A stretch of 64,000 nt of DNA from Candidatus Latescibacterota bacterium (GTDB lineage: Bacteria; Latescibacterota; UBA2968; SICM01), in contig CBDCJO010000002.1 of NCBI GenBank assembly GCA_965217865.1, forward strand, positions 4,608,001-4,672,000, in the 5' to 3' direction. The notes beneath the pieces are model-generated. The model searched no databases, was not told where the DNA came from, and saw only the letters and a list, made by a program, of their open reading frames with translations. Below, in pieces: positions 22,128 to 33,406 of the stretch. Each line of letters starts with the position of its first letter. Position 1 is the first letter of the stretch. A program made the translations under genes and the position numbers.

Positions 22128-24494
22128 CCCCGTTTTCTTCCCATACGAGTCCCCTTCGCCTTCCCACCGCCTTTACCCCTGGGTTTCGGGGTAAGAACAA
22201 ATTCAAGGGCAGGTCCAACGGCCTGAACCGGAACAAACCGCATCTGTTTTCTGACTTTTTCCGGTAGCTGTTCGATGTCACCCATGTTGCGCCGGGGCAG
22301 GATAACCGCGGGGATTCCTGCGCGCTGGGCGGCCAGGACCTTTTCCTGGATTCCGCCGACCGGGAGGACCTTCCCACGCAGCGTGATTTCACCCGTCATG
22401 GCCACGTCGCTTCTGGCTGGCCTCCCGGAAAGGAGGGAGGCGATGGCGGCAGCAATGCTGATTCCAGCGGAGGGTCCGTCCTTGGGAACGGCGCCCGCGG
22501 GAAAATGAATGTGGATGTCGATTTCTTCGAAAACCCCCGCATCGATCCCGAGGGACTCGGAGTGGGAGCGGACATAGGTGAGGGCGGCCTGGGCGGATTC
22601 TCGCATGACATCACCCAGTTGTCCGGTGAGGATTACTCGATCCTGACCCCGCATCTGGATGGCTTCGATAAACTGGACCTGGCCCCCAGAGGTGGTGGCG
22701 GCAAGGCCTATGGCGACTCCGGGATCGCGGATGCTTTCTCTTCCGACGTCGAGGTAGCGGCGAGGTCCAAGGAATGTGCGAAGATTGGACGGTTTTACGA
22801 TGGGTTGCATCGACCTTCCCTCGGCCACCCGACGGGCCACCTTTCGGTAGATGGCTCCAATCTCCCGTTCGAGATTGCGAAGGCCCGCTTCCTGAGTGTA
22901 GCATCGAATGAGGGTCCTTGTCGCAGGACGGCCGATGCGGACATTCCGCGGGGTAAGTCCGTGCTCGCGGAGTTGCCTCCGGAACAGATGACGGTGCGCG
23001 ATTTCCACCTTCTCGTCCTCAGTATAACCTCTGATGTCCACCACCTCCAACCTGTCCCGGAGGGCATCGTGAATCGAGCCGAGCAGGTTGGCGGTTGTGA
23101 TGAACATGACCTTTGAGAGATCGAATGTGATGTCCAGGTAGTGGTCGACGAACGTGTGATTCTGCTGGGGGTCCAACACCTCAAGAAGGGCGGCGGCGGG
23201 ATCTCCTCGAAAATCCTGTCCGAGTTTGTCGATCTCATCGAGCATGAAGACCGGATTATTCCGACCCACCCTTCGGATGCCCTGCATGATCCTTCCAGGA
23301 AGAGCCCCGATGTATGTTCGCCGGTGCCCGCGGATGTCCGCTTCATCCCTCACCCCCCCCAAGGATATCCTGACAAACTTGCGGCCGAGGGCCCTTGCGA
23401 TGGATTGGCCCAGAGAGGTCTTTCCCACGCCGGGGGGGCCAACAAAGCAGAGAATCGGACCCCTGGCATCGGGTTTTAGCTGCCGGATCGCAAGGATTTC
23501 CAGGATCCGGTCTTTTACGGCATTCAGGCCGTAGTGGTCTTCATCCAGAATCTTGCGGGCAAAACTGATGTCGATCTGGTCTTCCGTTGAAAGATTCCAC
23601 GGCATGTTCACGAGCCAGTCGAGATAGGTCCGCGAAACGGCGTGGTCCGCTGCAAAGGGGTGCTGCCACCCAAACGCTCCAGTTCCCTCAGGGCTTCTCG
23701 TTGTGCTTCCTCGGGCATCTGCGCAGATTTGATACGATTTCGAAATTCCTCGATCTCCATCTCCCGTTCATCGCTTTGCCCAAGCTCATGTTGCAGGGCC
23801 CGAATCTGCTCGCGGAGATAGTGTTCCCGCTGACTCTTCCCCATCTCGCTTTGAACCTGGTTCTGGATCTTTCTTCCCAGTTCCAGGATCTGCAGCTCCC
23901 TGCTGAGCAGGACGGTCAGCCGCTCAAGTCGGAGCTTGATGTCGATATCCTCGAGCAGTGCTTGTTTCTCCGTGAGGCGGAGATTGAGGTGGAAGGCGAT
24001 GAAATCAGCGAGACGGCCCGGGTCATCCAGGTTGACGGCCAGGACCTTCAACTTCTCGGGGAGATATGAGACAAGGTCCGCCATGGTTTGAAACTGGTTG
24101 GACGCATTGCTGACAAGTGCATCGATCTCCACCCCCGGTTCAATCCTGTCGTTCACACGTTCTACCGAGGCGACCATGTAGGGTTCGGTTTGAACGACCT
24201 CCTTGATGACAATCCTTGAAAGCCCTTCTACGAGAATGCGAAGACTTCCATCCGGTAGCTTCCAAGTCTTATGGATGATGGCCGCCGTCCCGATTCCGAA
24301 AAGGTCGTCGGATGACAGGTCGACGGCATCGGGACTCCTCACGGTTACCATTCCGACAAGGCGGTCACCCAACATGGCATCGTCGATGAGCCGTGAGGAT
24401 AGATTACGGTGTCTCGGAGAGGGAAGATTCCGAGATGTTCCGGGATTTCGATTTTCCCGGTGGCGGCGTCTTGCGTTGGATCGATTTCTGTCAT
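22124..24494 (-). pseudogene. lon: Lon protease with two frame disruptions
   Basis: N-terminus PLRDTVIYPH jumps frame to RLIDDAM at about 24393; second shift at about 23665-23672 before [17 protein letters not shown]; GPPGVGKT and PKDGPSAG are intact. Confidence 0.85.
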
Positions 24495-24560
24495 GGCATA
24501 ATCGCTGGTTAAGGGTTGGTTGGTGGAGTTCGAAAAGACTTTACCGGTTTTTTACACGTG

Positions 24561-25805
24561 TTAATCCACAGGAAAACCTTTGGGCACGACAACGATTCCC
24601 TTTTCCGTTACTTTGAACCGACGCTGGTCCTGGACAGGATCGCACCCGATTCGGCATCCAGGAGGGATGATGACATCCTTGTCGATGATCGCCCGCCTTA
24701 CGTGGGCTTCTCGGCCCACATCCACCCCTTCCATCAAGATGGCATCTTCCACAACCGAATTCTTGTGGACACGGACACCATAAGAAAGTATAGAGCGCTC
24801 GACTCGGCCCCCCGCGAGGATACATCCCCCCGCGATTAGGGAGTTGCGGACGGAATTCCGCCGCTCCTCGCCCCCCTCTTCTTCGATGACCACCTTGGCC
24901 GGAGGATATTGCTCCTGATATGTCCGAAGGGGCCAGGCATTGTCATAGAGGTTGAACATGGGATCCATGGCCACCAGGTCCATGTTGGCTTCCCAATAGG
25001 TATCGATCGTCCCTATATCCCTCCAGTAGTTGACCTTACCCCGGTTTTTATCCTGGAACCGGTATGCGAATACCCGACCCCCGGAAACAAGGTCGGGGAT
25101 GATGTTTCTCCCGAAGTCGTGCGCGGTTTCCCGCTTGGAATCCTCGACCACGGACCGGACGAGGGTCTCGGTCCGGAAGATGTAAACCCCCATAGAGACC
25201 AGAGATCTATCCGGGTTGTCGCGCAGTGGACTGGGGTTGGTCGGTTTCTCTTCAAAACCCAACACGCGGGACGTTTCGTCGATCTCGACCACGCCCAAAT
25301 CCCGAGCCTGGTCGCAGGGCATTTCAACGCAGGCCAGAGTCAGGTCCGCATCCTTCTCCTCGTGATGGGTGAGCATCGGCGTGTAGTCCATTTTGTAGAC
25401 GTGGTCTCCGGAAAGGACCAGGACCTGCCTGGGTCTTTCCTGCTCGAGGGTATAAATGTTCTGGTAGATAGCATCCGCGGTGCCACGGTACCAACTTTCC
25501 CTGGTTCGGTGCTGCGGGGGAATGGTATATAGAAACTCTCCGAGTTCAGGACTGAAAATGTCCCATCCGAGGAGAAGGTGACGATCGAGGGAGATTGATC
25601 TGTACTGGGTCAGGAGGTTGATGCGACGGAGGTTTGAGTTGACGCAGTTAGAAAGGGTAAAGTCTATGATCCGGTAGATCCCGCCGAACGGGACAGCGGG
25701 CTTCGCCCTATCTCTGGTAAGCGGGTAGAGGCGTTCTCCTTGGCCCCCTGCCAGGATCATCGTCAGGGTGGTCCTCAGGAGGGAGATGAGGTCCGTATGA
25801 CGCAT
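24561..25805 (-). CDS. glgC: Glucose-1-phosphate adenylyltransferase
   Basis: LAGGQGERL, RAKPAVPFGG, GTADA, SMGVY, YWRDIG. Confidence 0.97.
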   Translation of the reverse strand: MRHTDLISLLRTTLTMILAGGQGERLYPLTRDRAKPAVPFGGIYRIIDFTLSNCVNSNLRRINLLTQYRSISLDRHLLLGWDIFSPELGEFLYTIPPQHRTRESWYRGTADAIYQNIYTLEQERPRQVLVLSGDHVYKMDYTPMLTHHEEKDADLTLACVEMPCDQARDLGVVEIDETSRVLGFEEKPTNPSPLRDNPDRSLVSMGVYIFRTETLVRSVVEDSKRETAHDFGRNIIPDLVSGGRVFAYRFQDKNRGKVNYWRDIGTIDTYWEANMDLVAMDPMFNLYDNAWPLRTYQEQYPPAKVVIEEEGGEERRNSVRNSLIAGGCILAGGRVERSILSYGVRVHKNSVVEDAILMEGVDVGREAHVRRAIIDKDVIIPPGCRIGCDPVQDQRRFKVTEKGIVVVPKGFPVD

Positions 25806-25808
25806 TCG

Positions 25809-26174
25809 TTACGCCCTTTCCCTTTTATCAAGGGCCAGCTTTATCTCCTTTTTGAGTTCTGTGAGGTCTGAGGACTTGACGACATAGGCATCGGCGGACC
25901 AGCTTGTAAAATTGTCCTTGTAGCTCGTGTAAGCGGTGTTCAGGATGACGGGCAACTGATGCTGCTTGCCCAGGATCCTCCCCATGGCTTCGATCCCGTC
26001 CATTCCGGGCATGCGGATGTCCAGGACGACCAGGTCGGGAGGGTCCTTTTCGACAAGATCGATTGCGTCGTGAGCATTGTGCGTCACGATCACCCGATAA
26101 CCTTCATCACCGAGCTCTTGTTCATATAACATGGCAAGGTTCTTGTCATCATCGACCACGAGAACGGTCATCAT
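25809..26174 (-). CDS. Single-domain response regulator
   Basis: VLVVDDD, LDIRMPGMDG, YVVK. Confidence 0.92.
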   Translation of the reverse strand: MMTVLVVDDDKNLAMLYEQELGDEGYRVIVTHNAHDAIDLVEKDPPDLVVLDIRMPGMDGIEAMGRILGKQHQLPVILNTAYTSYKDNFTSWSADAYVVKSSDLTELKKEIKLALDKRERA

Positions 26175-26249
26175 GCATCCCTCCAAATGAGGATCAAAGG
26201 GTATGGAAGTCTGGCGCGTTTGAAGAGGCGTTCTTTTCGGATACTCCAA

Positions 26250-29200
26250 TCAAGAATCATTCCTTCTGATGGGCAGTCTGATGGTCACGGTCGCACCTGT
26301 GCTCTGTTTGCTCTCAATGGAGATGTTCCCTCCGTGATCCTCGACGATCTTGCGGCTGATGGCCAACCCGAGACCCGAACCGGACGCCTTTGTCGTGAAG
26401 AACGGGTCGAAGATCTGGTTAAGGGTCTCTGAGGGAATCCCGGTTCCCGTATCGGCCACGGACACTTCGACAACTCCTTCGTTTCGGAGGGTGGAAACCT
26501 TCAGACTCCCTCCACCGGGCATGGCCTGAAGGGCATTCTGTATCAGATTCAAAAGTACCTGTTTCATCTGGGCGGGGTCGGCCACGACACCCGGAAGATC
26601 GGGTTCCATCTGTTTCTGTACGAGGACACGGTCTCCGTGAAGGACCCCCTTGAACAGGCCGAAGACGTCCTCTACCAGCTGATTCATATCGGTTGGCTTA
26701 AGATCGGGCGGGGTGGGTCGGGTGAAGCTGAGGGTGTCTGCCAGGAGTTTTTCCAGACGCTCGACCTCTTCGACGACGGCCCGTGCGTTGGCCTGTACGC
26801 GATTTGGTTTGGTCCCTTTGGCGATGGCGCGTGCGAATCCCCCGATGGTGGCCAGGGGGTTGCGGATTTCGTGAGCCATATTGGCGGACATCTCCCCGAC
26901 AACGGCCAGACGCTCTGACTTGAGCAGGTCATCCTGGGCTTGCTGGAGTTTTCGATAGGCCTCTTCCAGCTCCTGAATCTTGTCGGCCAGCTGGGCGTAG
27001 ACCTCCGCGTTCTCAACGGCCATGCCCGCCTGGCTCGCAAAGCTCGTCAGGAGCTGAACGGCTTTGTCTGATATCGGACGACCGCTGTAAAGGTTGTCCG
27101 CGATGACCGCCCCGACGGCTCTCTGCTTGGCGATCAGCGGGACGCAGACGAACTCCGGGGAGTTCAGGAGGTCGCGGAGTTCGGGGTTAACGTCCGGGTT
27201 GTTGAAAGCGTCTTTCACGTGGGTCGAGCTTTTTTCCTCTACAGCTTTGACGATCAAGTTTGAGGACTCCGAAAGGGGTATGTTGATCCGGTGAGCCAAC
27301 CGGGTCATCGGTTGTTCGTCACGTTCGGAAATCCGATCGTAGCCCGTCAGGATATCTTCGATGGTGTCGGTCTGTCCTGCCAGATTCGGGAGGCCTCCTC
27401 GTGGCTTCCCGGGCCGACGCCCATCTTACCCTCGATGACGTTCCGCTGCCGGTCGATCAAGAGCAGGATAGCTCGGTTGAAGCCGAGGGCGGTCCCGGCC
27501 GTCACACAGGTGAGGAGCGCATAAAGAAGCCGATCCAGTTCCAGGATGCCCTGCATCGTCTCGCTTACCTGACGGAGCATCGACAGCTGGTAAGCCTGTT
27601 CGACAATCTCGGTGACGTCCTCGAAAACAACGAGGGCAAGGCGCTCCTGTTCCCTTTCAACAGGTGTGATGAAGACGTTGAAGACCCGGCTCAGAAATTC
27701 CTCGATCCGATGAACGTTCATCAGATTCACCGATTTGCCTTCACGGATTGCCGTTGATATCGGCTTCAGGACATCGTCCCGCAGAAGGATGGAATCCGGG
27801 GCCACCTCGTAGAGGTTCCGGCCCTCCACATCCTCCCGGTCAAGTTCTCTCCGCTCGCAGTAGGCGTGGTTGACGGAGACGATTGTCAAAGCCTTGTCCA
27901 GGAACAGAAGGGGCATCGGAATGGTGTCGATGACGTGTTCATCGAATTCCTTCAGAAATTTCATGTCCTGATAGTGACGGGCGTTCTCGACTGCGTTGGC
28001 GATAAGGCTCGCCAGGATCTCAAGCGAAGTGATGTCGGGTTCATCGAAGGCCGCCGGCCTCTGGCTCTGGACATCGATGGCGCCGATGGTCCGATCCCCC
28101 GACTTGATCGGTACGCAGAGTTCGGATCTCGTTTCCCGTTCTTCGGGGAAGGCCAGAATGCGTCTGGGTTCCATGGCCACATCGTTGGCCAGGAGGACTT
28201 CCCCGTTTAGGGCCACCCATCCCACGATGCCGACGCCCATTTTCTGGCGGTATCCTTCCGATAGGAATTCTCCATAAGCCCCTTCGTGACCCCTGAGAAC
28301 GAGCTCTTCCGTCGTATCATCTAGGATAAAGACACAGACGTCATGGTATTCAAAGTTTCGCTGGATGGACTCTGCGGAGACGTGCATCAAATGGTCCGGG
28401 TCCAGGGTGGAGGAGACCAGCTGGGCGATTTCGCTGACAAGTGTGAGCTGTAGCGAGCGTTTGCGTTCCAACTGCAGGAGGTGAGCGATCTCATTTCGCC
28501 GTCTCACCAGTTCTTTTTCGGATTCGATCCGGTGGCTGATGTCGGAGACGACTCCCATGCTCCCGACGAGGTTACCTGCGTCATCGCGGAGGGGGACGCC
28601 GGAGATGGAGACGGGAATTCTCGTGCCAGACTTGGTGGTCAACGCCACTTCGTAAACGGAGGCGTCCCCATGATTGAAATGGTTTTCCATCTCGGACGCG
28701 GTTTTGTCCATGCTCTCGTTTTTGTAGATTAGAGAGACGTGCTGGTTGAGGGCCTCCTCCTTCGTGTAACCCGTGATCTCCTCCATTCGCCTGTTGAAAA
28801 AAGTGAAGCGGGATTCCCGATCAACTGTGCTGATTCCTTCGTTCATGGTCTGGACCAGAGTGCCATACCGTTCCTCAAAGGCTCGAAGCTCTCCGGTCAG
28901 GCCCCGATAGCGCAGTCTGTAGTATAGATCACTCACGCCGATCACGCTCTCATCGCTGTGGGTTTCGACCAGGGTGCACGCGATGCTCAGGTTTTGTTGG
29001 TCCCCGGGATAGACAGCGATCAGGGTGTCGATGATGGCCCTTTTTAGGGCGATCTGGGCCCTGGAGAGGTCCGCGGCGGTAAGTCCGCTGCTGATGGCCT
29101 CCTGCATCCCGAAACCGCCGACCTTTTCGGACCTGTCCTCCGTGTCTTCGAGGTGGGTGGTGAGGAGGACGAGGAATACCTCGCCGACCTGTCGTTGAAG

Positions 29201-29356
29201 AAGGGGGGAAGGATGGGGGAGTCGGGCGATCCGCCCGATCCATCGCTCCAGGATTTCCTCACGATGGATCTGGAAAAAGTCGATCAGCTCTGCGACAAAA
29301 GGCCAGCTGGCCTCGAAGGCGGATCGGATCTGGATTTTGGGGGATGTATCTGGCAT
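26250..29356 (-). pseudogene. Multi-sensor histidine kinase (helical N-domain, PAS, GAF, PAS, GAF, HisKA, HATPase), split by a frameshift
   Basis: ORFs 27347-29356 and 26250-27308 join across ~27370-27380 (IWQD / QTDTIEDILTGYD) inside the second GAF; AHEIRNPL, N box, DTGTG and GSGLGL present. Confidence 0.85.
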
Positions 29357-29466
29357 GTGATCGCGTGGTATTGATCGGATCGAGGGTGTTGTTCGGGGTG
29401 AAGGGGCCAGAGGGAGAAAAAAACGGTCTTAAGCTGCGGGGGATGGGTTTGTCCTAACCCTGTCCA

Positions 29467-29495
29467 ATAATAGCAAGTACACTTTGAGATGTCAA
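29467..29495 (-). promoter_or_regulatory. sigma70 promoter of the kinase-RR-glgC unit
   Basis: TTGACA-17-TATTAT. Confidence 0.75.
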
Positions 29496-29683
29496 GACAA
29501 TATGCTATTCAGAGTCGTCCTTATACTTAGGGATTCGAGAGTTGCCCCGGGACCATGGAGGGGGTATATTTAAAAAAAGGGGGGGGTCAGGATCAAGGGT
29601 ATAGGTTCCATGTTGGGAAGGAAGAAAGCCGGGGAAGGGTTAGGGCGGGCGGATTTATTTAATATCAATAATCCAATTTCTTT

Positions 29684-32200
29684 ATGGACGACACCATCGT
29701 CATCCGTGGGGCGCGAACCCACAACCTCAAAGCGATCGACCTGGATTTGCCCCGGAACCGTCTGGTCGTGATCACGGGTCCGTCCGGATCGGGAAAGTCC
29801 TCCCTGGCCTTCGACACCATCTATGCGGAGGGACACAGGCGATATGTAGAGTCGCTGTCCGCACACGTCCGTCAGGTTCTGGGTCCGATGGAGCGACCCG
29901 ACGCAGACCTGATAGAGGGGCTTTCACCGACGATCGCCATCGGGAGCGGATCACAGGGACGGAATCCGCGGTCGACAGTGGGGACGATCACAGAGATTTA
30001 CGATTTTATTCGTCTGCTATATGCACGCGCGGGTGTGACCCACTGTCCTTCCTGCGGAAAACCGATCGTTCGTCACGCTGTTTCCGAGATGGTGGACGAG
30101 GTCATGTCGCTCCCGGATGGAACCCGAATGATGGTCCTCGCCCCTTTGACCAGAGAGCGGGATGGTGATGATGAAGCGTGGGAAAGGGCGCGGGTTTCCG
30201 GTTATGTGCGCATTCGGGTCGATGGAGAAGTCCACCCCCTTGAAAGCGCACAAGAGTCCGAAGGGGACACGAGCGGAAAGCTGGAAGTCGTCGTGGACCG
30301 GCTCGTCGTGAGGCCGGGCATGGAACGTCGGTTGGCGGACTCGTTCGAGGCGGCCCTCCGCCTGGCGGATGGCATGGTCTCCGTGTCTGTGGTGGATGGG
30401 CAGGAGAGGGTCTTCTCATCCCGACTGATATGTCCCGATTGCTGCGTCGGGATTGGGGAGGTGAACCCCGGGCTCTTCTCATTCAACAGCCCTGGAGGAG
30501 CGTGTCCGGCTTGCGACGGTCTTGGGAAGACCGTGGATCCCAGGCTGGGGGAGTCGGATTCGGAGGATGGGTTCGAGGAACCGTGTTCGGTCTGCGGGGG
30601 GTCTCGCCTCAAGGGAGAAGCGCTGTGTGTCAGGGTCGGGGATAAGAACATTGTAGATCTGTCCAGAATGCCGGTGACCGAGACCAGGGAATTTCTGACG
30701 GGACTTCGTTTCACCGGACGTGCGGAAGCGGTTGCGCAAAACGTCCTGAGCGAAATTCTGGATCGAATCGGCTTCCTGTCCCACATCGGACTCGAGTATC
30801 TCAGCCTGGATCGACGGGCTGAATCCCTCTCAGGGGGAGAACTTCAGCGCATCCGGCTGGCCAATCAAGTAGGGGCAAGGCTTGCGGGGGTTCTGTATGT
30901 GCTGGACGAGCCGACGGTGGGTCTCCATTCAAGGGATACCAGGAGACTTTTAGAGGCGCTGATCGGGTTGCGAGATCGCGGGAACAGCGTCCTGGTTGTC
31001 GAGCACGATCGGGAGGTGATTCAGGCCGCGGACTATGTGGTCGACCTCGGGCCGGGTGCGGGCGACAATGGTGGTCGCGTCATCGCGTCGGGAACTCCGG
31101 ATCAAGTCGCTGAATCGAAAGGCTCCCTAACCGGGGATTATTTGTCCGGCAGGCGGTCGATCCCAACCTCAGGAATAAGGCGAAAGCCCTCCGGTTGGCT
31201 GGTGATCCGGGGAGCGACGGGACATAACCTGAAAGGGATCGACGTCCACATCCCCCTGGGTACATTTGTGTGTGTGACGGGAGTTTCCGGATCCGGAAAA
31301 AGCAGCCTGATCGACGATACCCTTTGTCGGGCGTTGGCCCGGAAGCTTTACCGGGCAAAGGCCCCACCCCTCTCTTACAAAAAGATCGAGGGGCTCAACC
31401 TTGTCGAAAGACTCGTTCGGGTCAATCAGGCCCCGCTGGGAAGGACCCCCAGGTCGAATCCCGCCACTTATGTCGGTCTCTTTGACACGATTCGGAGAGT
31501 TTTTGCTAAGACCCCGGAAGCCAGGGTCAGAGGTTACGGCCCAGGGAGGTTCAGCTTCAATGTGAAGGGGGGCCGTTGCGAGGCGTGTCAGGGGGGTGGG
31601 GTCGTCCAGGTGGAAATGCACTTTTTACCCGATGTCTTCGTGTCGTGCGAGGTCTGTGGGGGGCGTCGTTATAACCGGGAAACGCTCGATGTAAAATATA
31701 AGGGGAGATCCATCTCGGAAATCCTGGATATGACCGTCTCCGTTGCGCTTGAAATTTTTCAGAGGATCCCGATGGCCTGTCGGGTTCTCGAAACCCTATC
31801 CGACGTCGGTTTGGGGTATCTTTGTATCGGTCAGCCCGCGCCCGCTTTGTCCGGAGGAGAAGCGCAGCGGGTGAAGCTGGCTTCGGAACTTGCCAAGGGA
31901 GGAGGCGGGCGAACGCTTTATGTCCTGGATGAGCCGACGACCGGGCTTCATTTTGAGGATATCAGGCTGCTGATCGGGGTGTTGGAACGTCTGGTGGAAC
32001 GTGGGAATACCATGCTTGTCGTGGAGCATAACGTAGATGTGATTATGAGGGCCGACCGGGTCATCGACCTGGGTCCGGAGGGGGGCGATGGCGGAGGGTA
32101 CGTGGTCGCAGAGGGAGATCCTGAAGAGGTCGCGAAGAACCCCGCATCGCACACGGGTCAATACCTAAAAGGCGCGATCGCGGCCGGCAAAAAATTGTGA
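29684..32200 (+). CDS. uvrA: Excinuclease ABC subunit A, short form
   Basis: Two ABC cassettes (GPSGSGKSS, GVSGSGKSS; LSGGE twice), Zn fingers; 838 aa. Confidence 0.95.
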   Translation: MDDTIVIRGARTHNLKAIDLDLPRNRLVVITGPSGSGKSSLAFDTIYAEGHRRYVESLSAHVRQVLGPMERPDADLIEGLSPTIAIGSGSQGRNPRSTVGTITEIYDFIRLLYARAGVTHCPSCGKPIVRHAVSEMVDEVMSLPDGTRMMVLAPLTRERDGDDEAWERARVSGYVRIRVDGEVHPLESAQESEGDTSGKLEVVVDRLVVRPGMERRLADSFEAALRLADGMVSVSVVDGQERVFSSRLICPDCCVGIGEVNPGLFSFNSPGGACPACDGLGKTVDPRLGESDSEDGFEEPCSVCGGSRLKGEALCVRVGDKNIVDLSRMPVTETREFLTGLRFTGRAEAVAQNVLSEILDRIGFLSHIGLEYLSLDRRAESLSGGELQRIRLANQVGARLAGVLYVLDEPTVGLHSRDTRRLLEALIGLRDRGNSVLVVEHDREVIQAADYVVDLGPGAGDNGGRVIASGTPDQVAESKGSLTGDYLSGRRSIPTSGIRRKPSGWLVIRGATGHNLKGIDVHIPLGTFVCVTGVSGSGKSSLIDDTLCRALARKLYRAKAPPLSYKKIEGLNLVERLVRVNQAPLGRTPRSNPATYVGLFDTIRRVFAKTPEARVRGYGPGRFSFNVKGGRCEACQGGGVVQVEMHFLPDVFVSCEVCGGRRYNRETLDVKYKGRSISEILDMTVSVALEIFQRIPMACRVLETLSDVGLGYLCIGQPAPALSGGEAQRVKLASELAKGGGGRTLYVLDEPTTGLHFEDIRLLIGVLERLVERGNTMLVVEHNVDVIMRADRVIDLGPEGGDGGGYVVAEGDPEEVAKNPASHTGQYLKGAIAAGKKL

Positions 32201-32450
32201 TTTGTATTGCGAGATGATTGATAATATATATATTAAATATCAAAAGGCTGTGAAATGGGAAACCGGAGACACCATCCCCGAACACCGACGGAATTCAGGA
32301 CTCAGAATCCGGGAGAAGATCAAAACCGTAAGACCGTGAGGCGGAATTCACGTTAATGGGAAAAGTATGATCGTAGGGGAATGGCTTTCCCTGTCCAACC
32401 GATGGGGGGGAAGTTAACGCCTCTACGGCTGGCTTAAAGAAAGGAACGAT

Positions 32451-33083
32451 ATGATACGGATTGATCTGGGCGGTCTTTACGAAATGGAGCAAGCTGAGAA
32501 GGCATAGCGAAAAGAGAACCGCCGAAAGATCACCTCGTTTATCGGGCTGTGTGAAAAGATGGGGGCGATGGTTCTGGAGCAGCGTGACTGGAATCAGCGT
32601 GATTATGTGCACTTCATTGGCGTTTCGTCGAATGTGGTGATCACCATCGGGATTCCGGAAAAATATCTGGGTGTCCAGGCCAGCCAGCTCCGGGAGAAGT
32701 TTTCACCCAATGTGGTGGATTACGTTTCCCTTCCCGATCGTCAGACGGTCACGGTGGAGCAGTCGCCCTCCGAGAAACTGGATCTTCACGATGTCGTGAC
32801 CTGCAACAAGTGCGGGGAGAAAATCCCTTACGACGGTTATTTCCAGTACTGCGTCCGTTGTGGAGATAACCTGGATACGATCATCAGGGTCTGTCAGTCC
32901 TGCAACAACAAGACGGCTTATCATCCGGCATTTCGATTCTGCCCGATCTGCGGAGGCGCTCTAATTCCCAATCTCTTCGAGGGGCCGCCGCTGACTGAGC
33001 TCGATCCCAACGGATTGATCTGGGGCGTTCCACTCAAGGATGAATCTCTGGAGGGGGAAGAGGGGGAAAGGGAGGAGCCGTAA
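32451..33083 (+). CDS. Double zinc-ribbon protein; its probable N-terminus is interrupted by an in-frame TAG at 32505
   Basis: Four CxxC pairs; AAAGGA RBS and ATG at 32451 are in frame with the tracked ORF 32559-33083. Confidence 0.65.
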
Positions 33084-33086
33084 AAC

Positions 33087-33400
33087 GGAAAGGCCTTGGA
33101 TCGGAAAAGCCGGGGTTCGTGATTCGTGGATAGGGGATCGGAAAACCCGAAATAACCTTTGACAATTTATCCAATAATTCGCATCGATCATTAACGAATC
33201 ACGAATCACGAATCACGAATCACGAATCACGAATCACGAATCACGAATCACGAATCACGAATCACGAATCACGAATCACGAATCACGAATCACGAATCAC
33301 GAATCACGAATCACGAATCACGAATCACGAATCACGAATCACGAATCACGAATCACGAATCACGAATCACGAATCACGAATCACGAATCACGAATCACGA
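33087..33400. repeat. Composite heptamer element copy 1: degenerate arm, conserved core and (ACGAATC)29
   Basis: Pure array 33194-33396; core 33157-33193; GGAAAGGCC/heptamer arm 33087-33148. Confidence 0.95.
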
Positions 33401-33406
33401 TTTTTT

